Source: Trichormus sp. ATA11-4-KO1
GTDB taxonomy: Bacteria; Cyanobacteriota; Cyanobacteriia; Cyanobacteriales; Nostocaceae
Length of the DNA: 64,000 nucleotides
Reading direction: 5' to 3'
NCBI GenBank assembly: GCA_019358915.1
Contig: JAHHIM010000012.1
Coordinates: 66,981 to 130,980 of the forward strand
The translations under genes were made by a program, and so were the position numbers. Under the pieces are notes generated by a model. It was not told where the DNA came from. It ran no database searches and was given only the letters and a program-made list of their open reading frames with translations. The number at the start of each line of letters is the position of its first letter. The stretch's first letter is position 1. Positions 32,966-42,579 of the stretch are shown one piece after another.

Positions 32966-35074
32966 ATGCCGCCAGACTACGCAGGTCAAAATCTCCGAGG
33001 GCGCTCTTTTAAAGGTCAAAACCTGACGGGAGCCAACTTTAGTAACGCGGATATTAGAGGGGCAAACTTTTCTAACGCAATTCTTATAGATGCTGACTTT
33101 ACAGGTGCTAAAGCCGGACTACAGCGAAGTCAAACAATTGGGTTGCTCATAGTGTCATGGCTGCTATTAGCAGTATCAGGGTTTTGTTCAATCCTCCTGG
33201 GTGGATTATTAGCATATATTTTTGGCGCCGACATAAATGAATTCTTCATCGCGGGGATAGTCTCCCTAATTGTGCTGCTGGTTTTTTGTATTATTACTAT
33301 TCACAAGGGTTTAACAGCAGGTTTAGGAGCCGGAGTCGGAGCCTTCGCCGTAGCCGTAGCCTTAAACATAGTCTTCCTCACAGCCGTAGCTAAAGATATA
33401 TCTGAAGCGGAAACCTTAGCTGGAGCCTTTGCTGGAGCCTTCATAGTGGCCTTAGTTGTAGTTTTAGCCTTTGCCGTAGCCTTTGCCGTAGCCTTTGCCG
33501 TAGCCTTTGCCGCAGCCTTTGCCGCAGACTTCGCCGTAGCCGGAGCTTTTATCTTCACTGGAATTGGAGCCTTCGCCGCAGCCGTGGCCTTCGCCGGAGT
33601 TGGAGCCGTAGCTGTTGCCGTTGCCGGGGCCTTTGTATTATTTAGTGCTTACATTGGTTGGCGTAGTATCACCGGAAATGAAAAAGATGCTTGGGTTCGC
33701 TCATTCGCTGTTGCTTTTGCTGCGACAGGTGGAACTAGCCTTTGTGGTGCTGATTTAACTGATGCTGACTTTACAGGTGCAATTCTCAGAAATACAGATT
33801 TTAGAAACGCCAACCTCACACGCACTCGTTTTTATGAAGCCAAAAAACTCGACCTTGCTAGAGTGGGAGATTCAATTTTAGCTAAACGAAATATTCTCAA
33901 CTTACTCGTAAGTTGCAATGGTAGAAATAAATCATATCTTGGTGCTAACCTTAAAGGTACAAATCTCATAGGCGCAGATTTGAAAGAGGCAAATCTCAAA
34001 GATGCTGATATTACTGAAGCGACTTTCCAAAGTGCTTGTTTAGAGTGGGCAAATTTGACTCTGGCTCAAGCTGTGGGTACTGATTTTACTAACGCCCAAA
34101 TGACTGGTGCTTGTGTAGAAGCTTGGAATATTGAAAGTACAACCAAGTTAAATAATGTAGATTGTCGCTTTATTTATCTTTTAGAAAATCCTAAACCCGG
34201 AACCGATAAACGCGAACGTCGTCCTAGTAGTGGCGAATTTCAGCCAGGAGAATTTACCAAACTGTTTGAAGAAATTTTAAATACTGTTGATTTGATTTTC
34301 CGTAATGGCATTGATTGGAAGGCTTTTGTTAATGCTTTTCAGAATGTGCAAAACCAAAATCAAGATACAGAATTAGCCTTACAAAGTATTGAAAATAAAG
34401 GCGATGGGGTAGTCGTTGTTAATGTCGGTGTACCTGATGGTGCTGATAAAGAAAAGATTCATAGTGATTTTACCCAAAGTTATCAACTTGCGCTGAAAGC
34501 TGTAGAGGAAACATATAAAGCACAATTACAAGCTAAAGATAATGAGATAGTTATCTATCGCCAACAAAGTGCAGAGATGAAAGAGATTGTGAGTTTGTTA
34601 GCAAATAATCCTATTAATGTTCAAGTTGAGAATAAATTAGAAAATAAAAACATGACTAACAATAACGATTCCAGCCGTAATATTAATATTGGCAATATTG
34701 GTGGTGATTTTAATGCTAGTGGGCAAGCTTTGAATTTAGGTGATATTAGTGGTACGGTGACAAATACTATTAATGAGTTACCAAGTTCATCTGAACCTGA
34801 TAAGCCAGGAATTAAGGAATTATTAACACAGTTGCAAGCAGCGATTGAGGCTGAGAAGAATTTACCTGCAAAAGATAAAGAAAAGGCATTAAAACAAGTA
34901 AAATCCTTGGCAGCAGCCTCACAAAACCCTCAAAATGAAGAGAAGCAGGATTTAGCTGATACAGCAATTACAATGTTAAAAGGCATACTTACCAGCTTAC
35001 CTAGTGCAACTAAGTTGGTTGAGGAATGTGGTAAGTTGTTGCCGTTAATTTCTCAGTTTCTCGGTTTGGGTTAA
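32966..35074 (+). CDS. Pentapeptide-repeat membrane protein
   Basis: A(D/N)(L/F)xx repeats flanking an Ala/Phe/Val-rich TM region; C-terminal coiled coil and helical domain. Confidence 0.88.
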   Translation: MPPDYAGQNLRGRSFKGQNLTGANFSNADIRGANFSNAILIDADFTGAKAGLQRSQTIGLLIVSWLLLAVSGFCSILLGGLLAYIFGADINEFFIAGIVSLIVLLVFCIITIHKGLTAGLGAGVGAFAVAVALNIVFLTAVAKDISEAETLAGAFAGAFIVALVVVLAFAVAFAVAFAVAFAAAFAADFAVAGAFIFTGIGAFAAAVAFAGVGAVAVAVAGAFVLFSAYIGWRSITGNEKDAWVRSFAVAFAATGGTSLCGADLTDADFTGAILRNTDFRNANLTRTRFYEAKKLDLARVGDSILAKRNILNLLVSCNGRNKSYLGANLKGTNLIGADLKEANLKDADITEATFQSACLEWANLTLAQAVGTDFTNAQMTGACVEAWNIESTTKLNNVDCRFIYLLENPKPGTDKRERRPSSGEFQPGEFTKLFEEILNTVDLIFRNGIDWKAFVNAFQNVQNQNQDTELALQSIENKGDGVVVVNVGVPDGADKEKIHSDFTQSYQLALKAVEETYKAQLQAKDNEIVIYRQQSAEMKEIVSLLANNPINVQVENKLENKNMTNNNDSSRNINIGNIGGDFNASGQALNLGDISGTVTNTINELPSSSEPDKPGIKELLTQLQAAIEAEKNLPAKDKEKALKQVKSLAAASQNPQNEEKQDLADTAITMLKGILTSLPSATKLVEECGKLLPLISQFLGLG
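33467..33538 (+). repeat. In-frame 12-bp tandem repeat (GCCTTTGCCGTA)x6, degenerating
   Basis: Three perfect and three variant copies encoding AFAV/AFAA. Confidence 0.9.
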
Positions 35075-35264
35075 TTTTAGTTTGTAGTAGGGACTTTAGT
35101 CCTGACTACGAGCAATAATAACAACCCTGGCGAATGAAATAGAGCCTACGGCACACTATGGCTAGCGCCATGCTCCGCGTTAGCGAAGCTATCGCTCCTA
35201 GCGATACGTGTTAGCGGCTATACAAACAAAGCCCACCTGCGTGGGCTAAATTTGTTAAAATCCC

Positions 35265-35672
35265 TTAATCTTGGGGACGTGGGGCGTTGAAGGCTTCCCA
35301 GGCGGCTTTAGCGGCGCTTTGCAGGCGATCGCTAAAATCTGTGATTTCTTTAATTAGCAAGTGCCAGTTTTTCTCTGTTTCTTCTTGCATGGTAGCCCAT
35401 GTGTTTTCCAGGCGATCGCGCTCAATCAGTTTTTCCCGTTCAATGGCTTCTCTGGCTTGGCGCACAGCATTTACATAAGTTTCGCGGGTCAGAGTACCTG
35501 CTGACTCTGCTTCAGTTTGAGCGCGTCTTTTTAGCGCCTCAATCAATGCTTTAGTTTCGCGCTTGACTTCATCTGTCTCGCCGGCCATTTCGGTTTCTAC
35601 CATTTCATCAGTTTGAGGGCTGATTTTTACCACTACTGTAGATTCTCTGGGTTCGTTGTTGTTAGCACTCAT
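35265..35672 (-). CDS. Hypothetical coiled-coil protein
   Basis: 135-aa charged helical ORF with an aagga RBS. Confidence 0.7.
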   Translation of the reverse strand: MSANNNEPRESTVVVKISPQTDEMVETEMAGETDEVKRETKALIEALKRRAQTEAESAGTLTRETYVNAVRQAREAIEREKLIERDRLENTWATMQEETEKNWHLLIKEITDFSDRLQSAAKAAWEAFNAPRPQD

Positions 35673-35759
35673 AGTTAAAATATCCTTAGTTGCAAAACTT
35701 CTATTGCTGATGAGAACTACAGCTTCGTTTATTTGCCAAATTTATCTGGTTAATTTCAC

Positions 35760-36632
35760 CTAGTAAGCTGTTGTTGTCTGTTGTTGCTCTAGTTTTAGTA
35801 ATTCTTCAACTCGTACTTCGGTAGCAGGGTGACTAGAGAACAAATTGCCCATAAACTTCCCAGAAATCGGATTAATAATTAATAATGGCTCAAAAGCTGG
35901 GTTGGCATTTAAAGGTAGTTGCTTTGCTGTAGCTTCTAACCTTTGCAATGCTCTAGCTAAGGCGCGGGGATTGCCAGTCAATTTAGCAGCACCAGCATCA
36001 GCAGAAAATTCCCGTGTGCGCGAGATTGCTAACTGAATGATTGTGGCAGCTAATGGTGCAAGAATGACTGTTAATAAAATACCTAAAGGATTTCCCCCTC
36101 TGTCACCATCTCGAGATCCTGCACCGCCAAACCATAAGCTGTAACTCACCATTTGTGCCAAAAACGAGACAGCCCCGGCGATTGTAGCAGCAACGGCTTG
36201 GGTGAGAGTGTCTCGATTAGTAATGTGGGTCAGCTCGTGAGCAATCACGCCTTCGAGTTCATCCTCTGGCAATATATTTAAAATGCCTTCGGTGACAGCC
36301 ACAGCCGCGTGTTCTGGATCGCGCCCTGTGGCAAAAGCATTTGCAGTTTGGCTAGGGACAATATAAACTCCTGGCATGGGAATATTGGCGCGATCGCTCA
36401 ATTTTCGTACCATCCGATGGAGTCCCGGTGCCTGAGCTTCACTCACAGGCTGGGCGCGGTAGACTCTCAGGGCAATCTTATCTGATTGATACCAAGAAAA
36501 CAGGTTTGTTGCTGCTGCTAAGCCAATTCCTATAATTAAGCCACTACTACCGCCAATTGCCCAATAGCTAATGGCAATTAAAAGACCACTTAGGGCAGCT
36601 AGCAAAGCAAACGTTTTCAATTGATTTGTCAT
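35760..36632 (-). CDS. htpX: Zinc metalloprotease HtpX (M48)
   Basis: NAFATGR, HELTH, SRTREFSAD, SSHP. Confidence 0.95.
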   Translation of the reverse strand: MTNQLKTFALLAALSGLLIAISYWAIGGSSGLIIGIGLAAATNLFSWYQSDKIALRVYRAQPVSEAQAPGLHRMVRKLSDRANIPMPGVYIVPSQTANAFATGRDPEHAAVAVTEGILNILPEDELEGVIAHELTHITNRDTLTQAVAATIAGAVSFLAQMVSYSLWFGGAGSRDGDRGGNPLGILLTVILAPLAATIIQLAISRTREFSADAGAAKLTGNPRALARALQRLEATAKQLPLNANPAFEPLLIINPISGKFMGNLFSSHPATEVRVEELLKLEQQQTTTAY

Positions 36633-37016
36633 ATTTTTGCTCTCCCGCTAATGCTGTATTTAGTGTTTTTAGACAACAGCATCACTTAAGTCGCATTCTA
36701 ATTGTATCTAGCTCAACTCAGATATTAGTGCAGAAAACCTCTCATCTTTAGTACGGATTTCCCACTTAAAATTTGGTATGGTATTTAGACTTATACGAGC
36801 TTATTTAATCTTGTTAGTTATATCTTGCGCTAGCATCAAAAACCGTCATAGGTTTGAAACATAGGGTTGCATAACAAAAGTCATCTCAAGATGACTAAAC
36901 TTCCGGTGTGATGAAGAGTGCTGAGTTGAAAGTGCGGCTCGACTGAGCGCTCACGCCGAAGTCTTGCCTGTTCTGGGCGGGCTAGAAGCCCACCCCACAA
37001 TAATTATATTTATGCA

Positions 37017-37556
37017 CTACTTTAGCTGTGTCAATCCAGTAGGTTCTGCAACTACTTTTTCCACATCTTGACTACTAATTGGCAGATGCACAATATAAAC
37101 TGAACAAGGAGCATGGTGGACAACATAGTTACTTACACTACCAAGTAATAGTTCTGCCAACCCAGAGCGCCCCTTACGTCCCATGATAATTAGGTCAGCA
37201 CCCCAAGTAGTAGCTAACTTACATATTGTGCGACCAGGGTGACCTAGGGGTTGGTCAAATTCTGTGGAAATTCCTGCGGTGTTTGCTTGGGCGCTGAAGG
37301 ATTGCAACATTTGTATACCTGCATGTTTAAATGTATTCCACTGCTTTTGGTACAATTCAAAGTTTTGACCGCTCAATCCTGGATAGTAATCGATATTGGA
37401 TATCATAGGAAGATAAGGACTACCTTCTTCTTGCGGCGAAAGAACATGCAGCAGTAATAAGTTAGCCTGTGTTGCCTTCGCTAAAGCCAACGCTTGCTCA
37501 AAAACCTGTTGAGCCATTTCTGAACGATCCAATGCAACGAGAATTTTTTTCAGCAT
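37017..37556 (-). CDS. Universal stress protein
   Basis: KKILVALD, ADLIIMGRKG...LGSVSNYVVHHAPCSV. Confidence 0.92.
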   Translation of the reverse strand: MLKKILVALDRSEMAQQVFEQALALAKATQANLLLLHVLSPQEEGSPYLPMISNIDYYPGLSGQNFELYQKQWNTFKHAGIQMLQSFSAQANTAGISTEFDQPLGHPGRTICKLATTWGADLIIMGRKGRSGLAELLLGSVSNYVVHHAPCSVYIVHLPISSQDVEKVVAEPTGLTQLK

Positions 37557-38006
37557 ATAGACCTCTGGTTTTTATTGGTAATTGAGGTTGCTGGTTTCTA
37601 GATTTATACTTGTTACTTTGTACTAAGTACGAATCGATGTTTGGCAACTATCGATAAAATTCTTTTAATAGTTAGCCTGTGTGAACTATTAAGCAATCCT
37701 CTTCCTACATCCATGTTTATATAAAATAAATTTGAGGAACTTGTGAGGACGGTAAAAACTCGTTATCAATAGCCAGTTTATCAAAAGAAAAGTAGCTTTC
37801 ATGGGAAAAATTTTTCCATTCTTCTACGCGGCATTTCCAAATCAGAAAAACATAGAGTTGAGTATCTACAGCAAAGTGCTATCTTCCTGTACAGCCCTAC
37901 GGGCATAGCTGCGTTTATACCATTTCACGAAAAATCTGATACAGATGTAACCTCTGAAAGCTTTACTGCATATCAGTTTTTAAATTGCGAATTGCGAATT
38001 GGTATT

Positions 38007-38342
38007 AGATGGTATTTGAAAAGTGGTTGACTGTAATTTTAGTCACTTATTGATCCCCCCTAACCCCCAGGGCTGTTTCATTCGCTTGTGTTGGAGATTT
38101 GTCAAGAGGATAATCTCACGCAAAGGCGCAAAGACGCAAAGAAAAATCAGGTATTTCGGACTGAAGATGCCAAAATTTTCGGTCTTAATTGTGGATTTGC
38201 CCTTGCAATTTTAACCCTTTTAGGGAACGAATCAGCCCTGCCCTAACCCCTGGAAAAAGGGGGAACTAGAATCAAAGTCCCTCTTGAGAAGGGGGATCTA
38301 AAAGGTTTTACTACTAACGAGAGGAATTTTCAAACAGCCTCT
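38007..38342. mobile_element. Degenerate outer MITE hosting the inner MITE
   Basis: Imperfect TIRs agatggtatttgaaaagt (38007-38024) and aattttcaaacagcctct (38325-38342), 14/18 match. Confidence 0.55.
38068..38240. mobile_element. MITE, 173 bp, ISAs1-like ends, with a 10-bp target-site duplication
   Basis: TIR CAGGGCTGTTTCATTC vs reverse complement CAGGGCTGATTCGTTC (14/16). Exact CCCTAACCCC at 38058-38067 and 38241-38250. Confidence 0.85.
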
Positions 38343-38560
38343 TAGAGCGGTAGCGGGGCGTAAAATAAAACCAAGCTGAATATTATTACTTTCTAGAAAG
38401 TAATAATTTTTGACAATTGGTTAATTAATTTAATTAGAATCAGCTTTTTGAAGAGATATCCTTGAAGATATCTGGAAAAATAGCCTGAATATTAATTTAT
38501 GTTTTGAATTTGCTGTTTTTGCTAATTATTTGTTAAGTACCGGATTAGGAAAATTTTTAT

Positions 38561-41500
38561 ATGAAAATTTTAGTTGTAGAGGATGATGAATTAAATGCTT
38601 ATGTCCTCACCGCCGTGCTTACTAATCAGAACTATGCAGTTGAAGTTGCTAATGATGGTAATGCAGCTTGGGATTTAATTGAAACTTATGATTATGATTT
38701 AATCCTCTTAGATGTCATGTTACCTAAGTTAGATGGCATCAGTCTCTGCCGTCAAATAAGGTCTAGCGGTCGGCAAATGCCAATCCTGTTATTAACAGGG
38801 CGCAATAGTAGTCATGAAAAAGCCATCGGGCTAGATGCAGGTGCAGATGACTATGTAGTTAAACCCTTTGAACAAGAAGAATTAGTTGCTCGGGTGCGCG
38901 CTTTATTGCGCCGAGGGGGAACAACATCGCAACCAGTACTAGAATGGGGGAATTTACAGCTTGATCCTAGTAGTTGTGAAGTCACTTATGCTCAAAATTT
39001 ACTGTCATTAACTCCCAAGGAATATGCACTATTAGAACTATTTTTGCGAAATAGTCGCCGTGTGTTTAGCTGCGGCATGATTTTAGAACATCTTTGGTCT
39101 TATGAAGATACTCCCACAGAAGAAGCGGTTCGCACCCATATTAAAGGATTACGCCAGAAATTAAAAGTTGTGGGAGCGCCAACTGATTTAATTGAGACAG
39201 TCTATGGTATTGGCTATCGTCTGAAACAGCAGGATGAAGAGAGAAATAAGAGCCAAAAAGAAGTAGAACAGCCAAAAACTAAAAAGCGTAGACCTTCAGA
39301 AGAAGTCACCAAGCAACAGCAAACACTAGCAGCAATAGCAGGCGTTTGGCAGCGATTTCAAGGGCGAATAGATGAGCAGGTGAAGGTGCTAGAGCAAGCA
39401 GCAGTTGTGGCCAATAATACAGAGGAATGGCGAAAACGCTTGGCACCAGCAATCAAAGAGGCGCATACTCTGGCGGGGTCATTGGGTACTTTTGGTTTAG
39501 CTGAAGGATCAAAGCTAGCTCGTAAAATTGAGCAACTATTAAAATCTGACCAACCCTTGACTCCAAATGAGATAGCCAACTTACAAAATTGGGTGAAACT
39601 ACTGCATCAGGAAATTACAAACAAGCAAGAGGAAACAGTAACTTCACCCAAATCTGCTTTAGTTGTTGACCGCGTAGACGCGAAGCGACTTGTCGCCAGA
39701 CATCGCGTCCAAGCAGAAGCCAAAATATTAGCTGTAGACGATGATCCGCAAATTCTCGCCTTATTACAAACCTTACTTACCCCGTGGGGACTGAAGGTAA
39801 TCACCCTTGATGATCCGCGACAGTTTTGGGAAACCTTGGCAGATGTAACCCCAGACCTACTAATTCTAGATGTGGAAATGCCTCATATCAGTGGGATTGA
39901 ACTTTGCCAGGTGGTACGAAACGACCCGCGTTGGAGTGAGTTACCAATTTTATTTCTCACAGTTCATAGCGATGCCGAAATTCTGCATCAGGTCTTTAGC
40001 GTTGGTGCTGATGACTTCGTTAGCAAACCCATAGTAGGGCCAGAACTGGTGACTCGGATCATCAATCGCTTAGAGCGAGTGAAACTACTGCGGCGTGTGT
40101 CCCAAAGCCAGCAGGAGAGCAGGGGAGTGAGGGGAATTATTAAAGGAGTTTCTTCCTCATCCCCATCATCGTTAGCAATTACCCGTGATATTACCCAGTA
40201 TCAAGAAATAGAGGCAGAAATTCGCCGGGTAAATCGCACACTTCAGACCTTGAGTAACTGCAATCAAGTAATTATTCGTGCCACAAACGAGAATGATTTA
40301 CTAGAGAAAATCTGCCAAATTCTGGTAGAAGTTGGCGGCTATCAGCTGGCCTGGGTGGGATTCGCTGAACATGATCCTGCAAAAAATATCCGTCCAGTCG
40401 CCCAAGCAGGCTATGAAGATGGATATTTGCCATCTCTCAACCTCACTTGGTTAGATACCGTGCATGGGCAAGGGCCTACAGGAACAGCCATTCGCACTGG
40501 TCAAATCTCAATTATTCAGAATATTTTGACCGACTCTAATTATGAAATTTGGCGATGTCAGGCTAAAAAACGAGGCTATGCTGCATCCATTGCCTTACCT
40601 TTAATGGCTCATGGTAGAGCTTTCGGCGCGTTGAGTATTTATGCTGCTGCACCAGATGCCTTTGATGCCAATGAGGTAAAACTCTTAGAAGAACTAGCAG
40701 AAGATTTAGCATACGGCATTGTAGCATTGCGTAATCAACGCGATCGCCAATTAGCTGAAGCCGCATTACAACAAAGTCAAGCAGCTCTCCAACAAGCTAA
40801 TAATGAACTGGAATTAAGAGTAGCAGAGCGTACTGCTGAATTAGTCAACGTCAATCGCAGGTTACAATCACAGCTCAATGAACGCCAGCGCATAGAAGAA
40901 GTACTGCGAATATCACAAGTGCGATTAGCGCGAATTTTAGATATTGCTGATGATGCCATTATTTCTATTGATGGTAGCCAATGTATTACCTTGTTTAATC
41001 AAGGAGCAGAAAAGATTTTTGGCTACTCTGCTGAGGAAGTCATCGGTAAAAAGCTTGATTTGCTTTTACCTCTGCGTTTTGCTGAGGCGCACCGTCATCA
41101 TGTAGTGGACTTTAGGAAATCTCCCAATCTGGCCCGACGGATGGGAGAACGGCGCGAGATATTTGGTCGCCGCCAGGATGGTACAGAATTTCCGGCGGAG
41201 GCTTCCATCTCCAAGTTTAATTTAGGTAAAGAGCATTTTTATACTGTAATTTTACGAGATATTACAGAACGAAAACAAATTGAGCGCATGAAAGATGAGT
41301 TTATCTCTGTTGTTAGCCATGAACTCCGTACACCTCTAACTTCAATTCACGGCTCATTAGGAATGTTAGCCAGTGGTTTGTTACAGCCAGACTCGGAACA
41401 GGGAAAACGCTTGCTGCAAATTGCTACTGATAGTACAGAGCGCTTGGTACGTTTGATTAATGACATCCTGGACATTGAGCGTATTGAGTCAGGCAAGGTA

Positions 41501-41971
41501 AAAATGGCACCAGAAACCTGCAATCTTGCCGAACTAATTGCTTCAGCCGTGAGTATTATGCAGCCCCTCGCCCACAAAGCAGAAGTGACCTTATCCATTT
41601 TGTCCATACCCTGTCAATTATGGGCAGACCCAGATCGCATTGTCCAAACCTTAACTAATCTGCTAAGTAACGCCATTAAATTCTCATCTGCTGGGTCTAC
41701 GGTTTGGTTGACCACGCAACAGCAAAGAGATGAAGTACTGGTAACAATCAAAGATACTGGACGCGGTATACCACAAGATAAACTTGAGAGTATATTTGAG
41801 CGCTTTCAACAAGTTGATTCTTCAGATTCTCGCAACCATGATGGAACAGGTTTAGGTTTAGCAATTTGCCAAAGTATTGTACAACAGCATGGCGGCCGCA
41901 TCTGGGTAGAGAGTGTTTTAGGTGAAGGCAGTACCTTCTACTTGGCTTTACCTGTTTTGAGTGCTGAGTAA
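38561..41971 (+). CDS. Hybrid response regulator/histidine kinase (REC-wHTH-Hpt-REC-GAF-PAS-HisKA-HATPase)
   Basis: OmpR-type N-terminus (LLDVMLP, TVYGIGY), Hpt AHTLAGSLG, second REC (LILDVEMP), GAF, PAS, SHELRTPL, N/G boxes. Confidence 0.92.
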   Translation: MKILVVEDDELNAYVLTAVLTNQNYAVEVANDGNAAWDLIETYDYDLILLDVMLPKLDGISLCRQIRSSGRQMPILLLTGRNSSHEKAIGLDAGADDYVVKPFEQEELVARVRALLRRGGTTSQPVLEWGNLQLDPSSCEVTYAQNLLSLTPKEYALLELFLRNSRRVFSCGMILEHLWSYEDTPTEEAVRTHIKGLRQKLKVVGAPTDLIETVYGIGYRLKQQDEERNKSQKEVEQPKTKKRRPSEEVTKQQQTLAAIAGVWQRFQGRIDEQVKVLEQAAVVANNTEEWRKRLAPAIKEAHTLAGSLGTFGLAEGSKLARKIEQLLKSDQPLTPNEIANLQNWVKLLHQEITNKQEETVTSPKSALVVDRVDAKRLVARHRVQAEAKILAVDDDPQILALLQTLLTPWGLKVITLDDPRQFWETLADVTPDLLILDVEMPHISGIELCQVVRNDPRWSELPILFLTVHSDAEILHQVFSVGADDFVSKPIVGPELVTRIINRLERVKLLRRVSQSQQESRGVRGIIKGVSSSSPSSLAITRDITQYQEIEAEIRRVNRTLQTLSNCNQVIIRATNENDLLEKICQILVEVGGYQLAWVGFAEHDPAKNIRPVAQAGYEDGYLPSLNLTWLDTVHGQGPTGTAIRTGQISIIQNILTDSNYEIWRCQAKKRGYAASIALPLMAHGRAFGALSIYAAAPDAFDANEVKLLEELAEDLAYGIVALRNQRDRQLAEAALQQSQAALQQANNELELRVAERTAELVNVNRRLQSQLNERQRIEEVLRISQVRLARILDIADDAIISIDGSQCITLFNQGAEKIFGYSAEEVIGKKLDLLLPLRFAEAHRHHVVDFRKSPNLARRMGERREIFGRRQDGTEFPAEASISKFNLGKEHFYTVILRDITERKQIERMKDEFISVVSHELRTPLTSIHGSLGMLASGLLQPDSEQGKRLLQIATDSTERLVRLINDILDIERIESGKVKMAPETCNLAELIASAVSIMQPLAHKAEVTLSILSIPCQLWADPDRIVQTLTNLLSNAIKFSSAGSTVWLTTQQQRDEVLVTIKDTGRGIPQDKLESIFERFQQVDSSDSRNHDGTGLGLAICQSIVQQHGGRIWVESVLGEGSTFYLALPVLSAE
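39675..39701 (+). repeat. 27-nt short dispersed repeat inserted in frame into a HIP1 site
   Basis: GCG|tagacgcgaagcgacttgtcgccagac|ATCGC; removing the insert restores GCGATCGC. Confidence 0.8.
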
Positions 41972-41991
41972 TGAGTAATACCCTATACCCC

Positions 41992-42378
41992 ATGACTACA
42001 AAGCGGATTCTCGTGATTGATGACGAGCAGTACATTCAAGAAGTTGCCAAGATTTGCTTGGAAACCGTTGCAGGCTGGGAAGTTATGACAGCAAGTTCTG
42101 GTAAAGAGGGCATAATTCAAGCCGAGGCTTACCAACCTGATGTGATTCTCCTGGATGTGATGATGCCAGATATGGATGGTATCACTACCTTTGAGAGGCT
42201 ACAAGCGAATCCAGCAACCAAAGGAATTCCAGTAATTTTGTTAACCGCCAAAATCCAGGCTGCTGATCGTCGTCGGTATGCTCAGATAGGGATGATTACA
42301 GCGATCGCTAAACCGTTCAATCCTTTAGAATTAGCTGGTCAGGTAGCTACAGCACTGGATTGGAACTGGGAATATTAG
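41992..42378 (+). CDS. Single-domain response regulator
   Basis: ILVIDD, LLDVMMP, T, KPF; alternative ATG at 41971 overlaps the kinase stop. Confidence 0.92.
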   Translation: MTTKRILVIDDEQYIQEVAKICLETVAGWEVMTASSGKEGIIQAEAYQPDVILLDVMMPDMDGITTFERLQANPATKGIPVILLTAKIQAADRRRYAQIGMITAIAKPFNPLELAGQVATALDWNWEY

Positions 42379-42579
42379 CTGCTGACCAAATCTTAAGTAA
42401 TTCTACTCATGTGACTATTCAAACATCTATCTCGGAAGTGAAATTTCCCCAAACAAGTTAATCTAAGATTCCGTTATACCAATTAGTCATTCGTAATTTT
42501 AAGAGGGTCAGATTTTATCTGTAGCCTGCTGCTGGAAAATTGGTACAACAGTATTATTGGCTTGTGCTGGGAGACGTAT

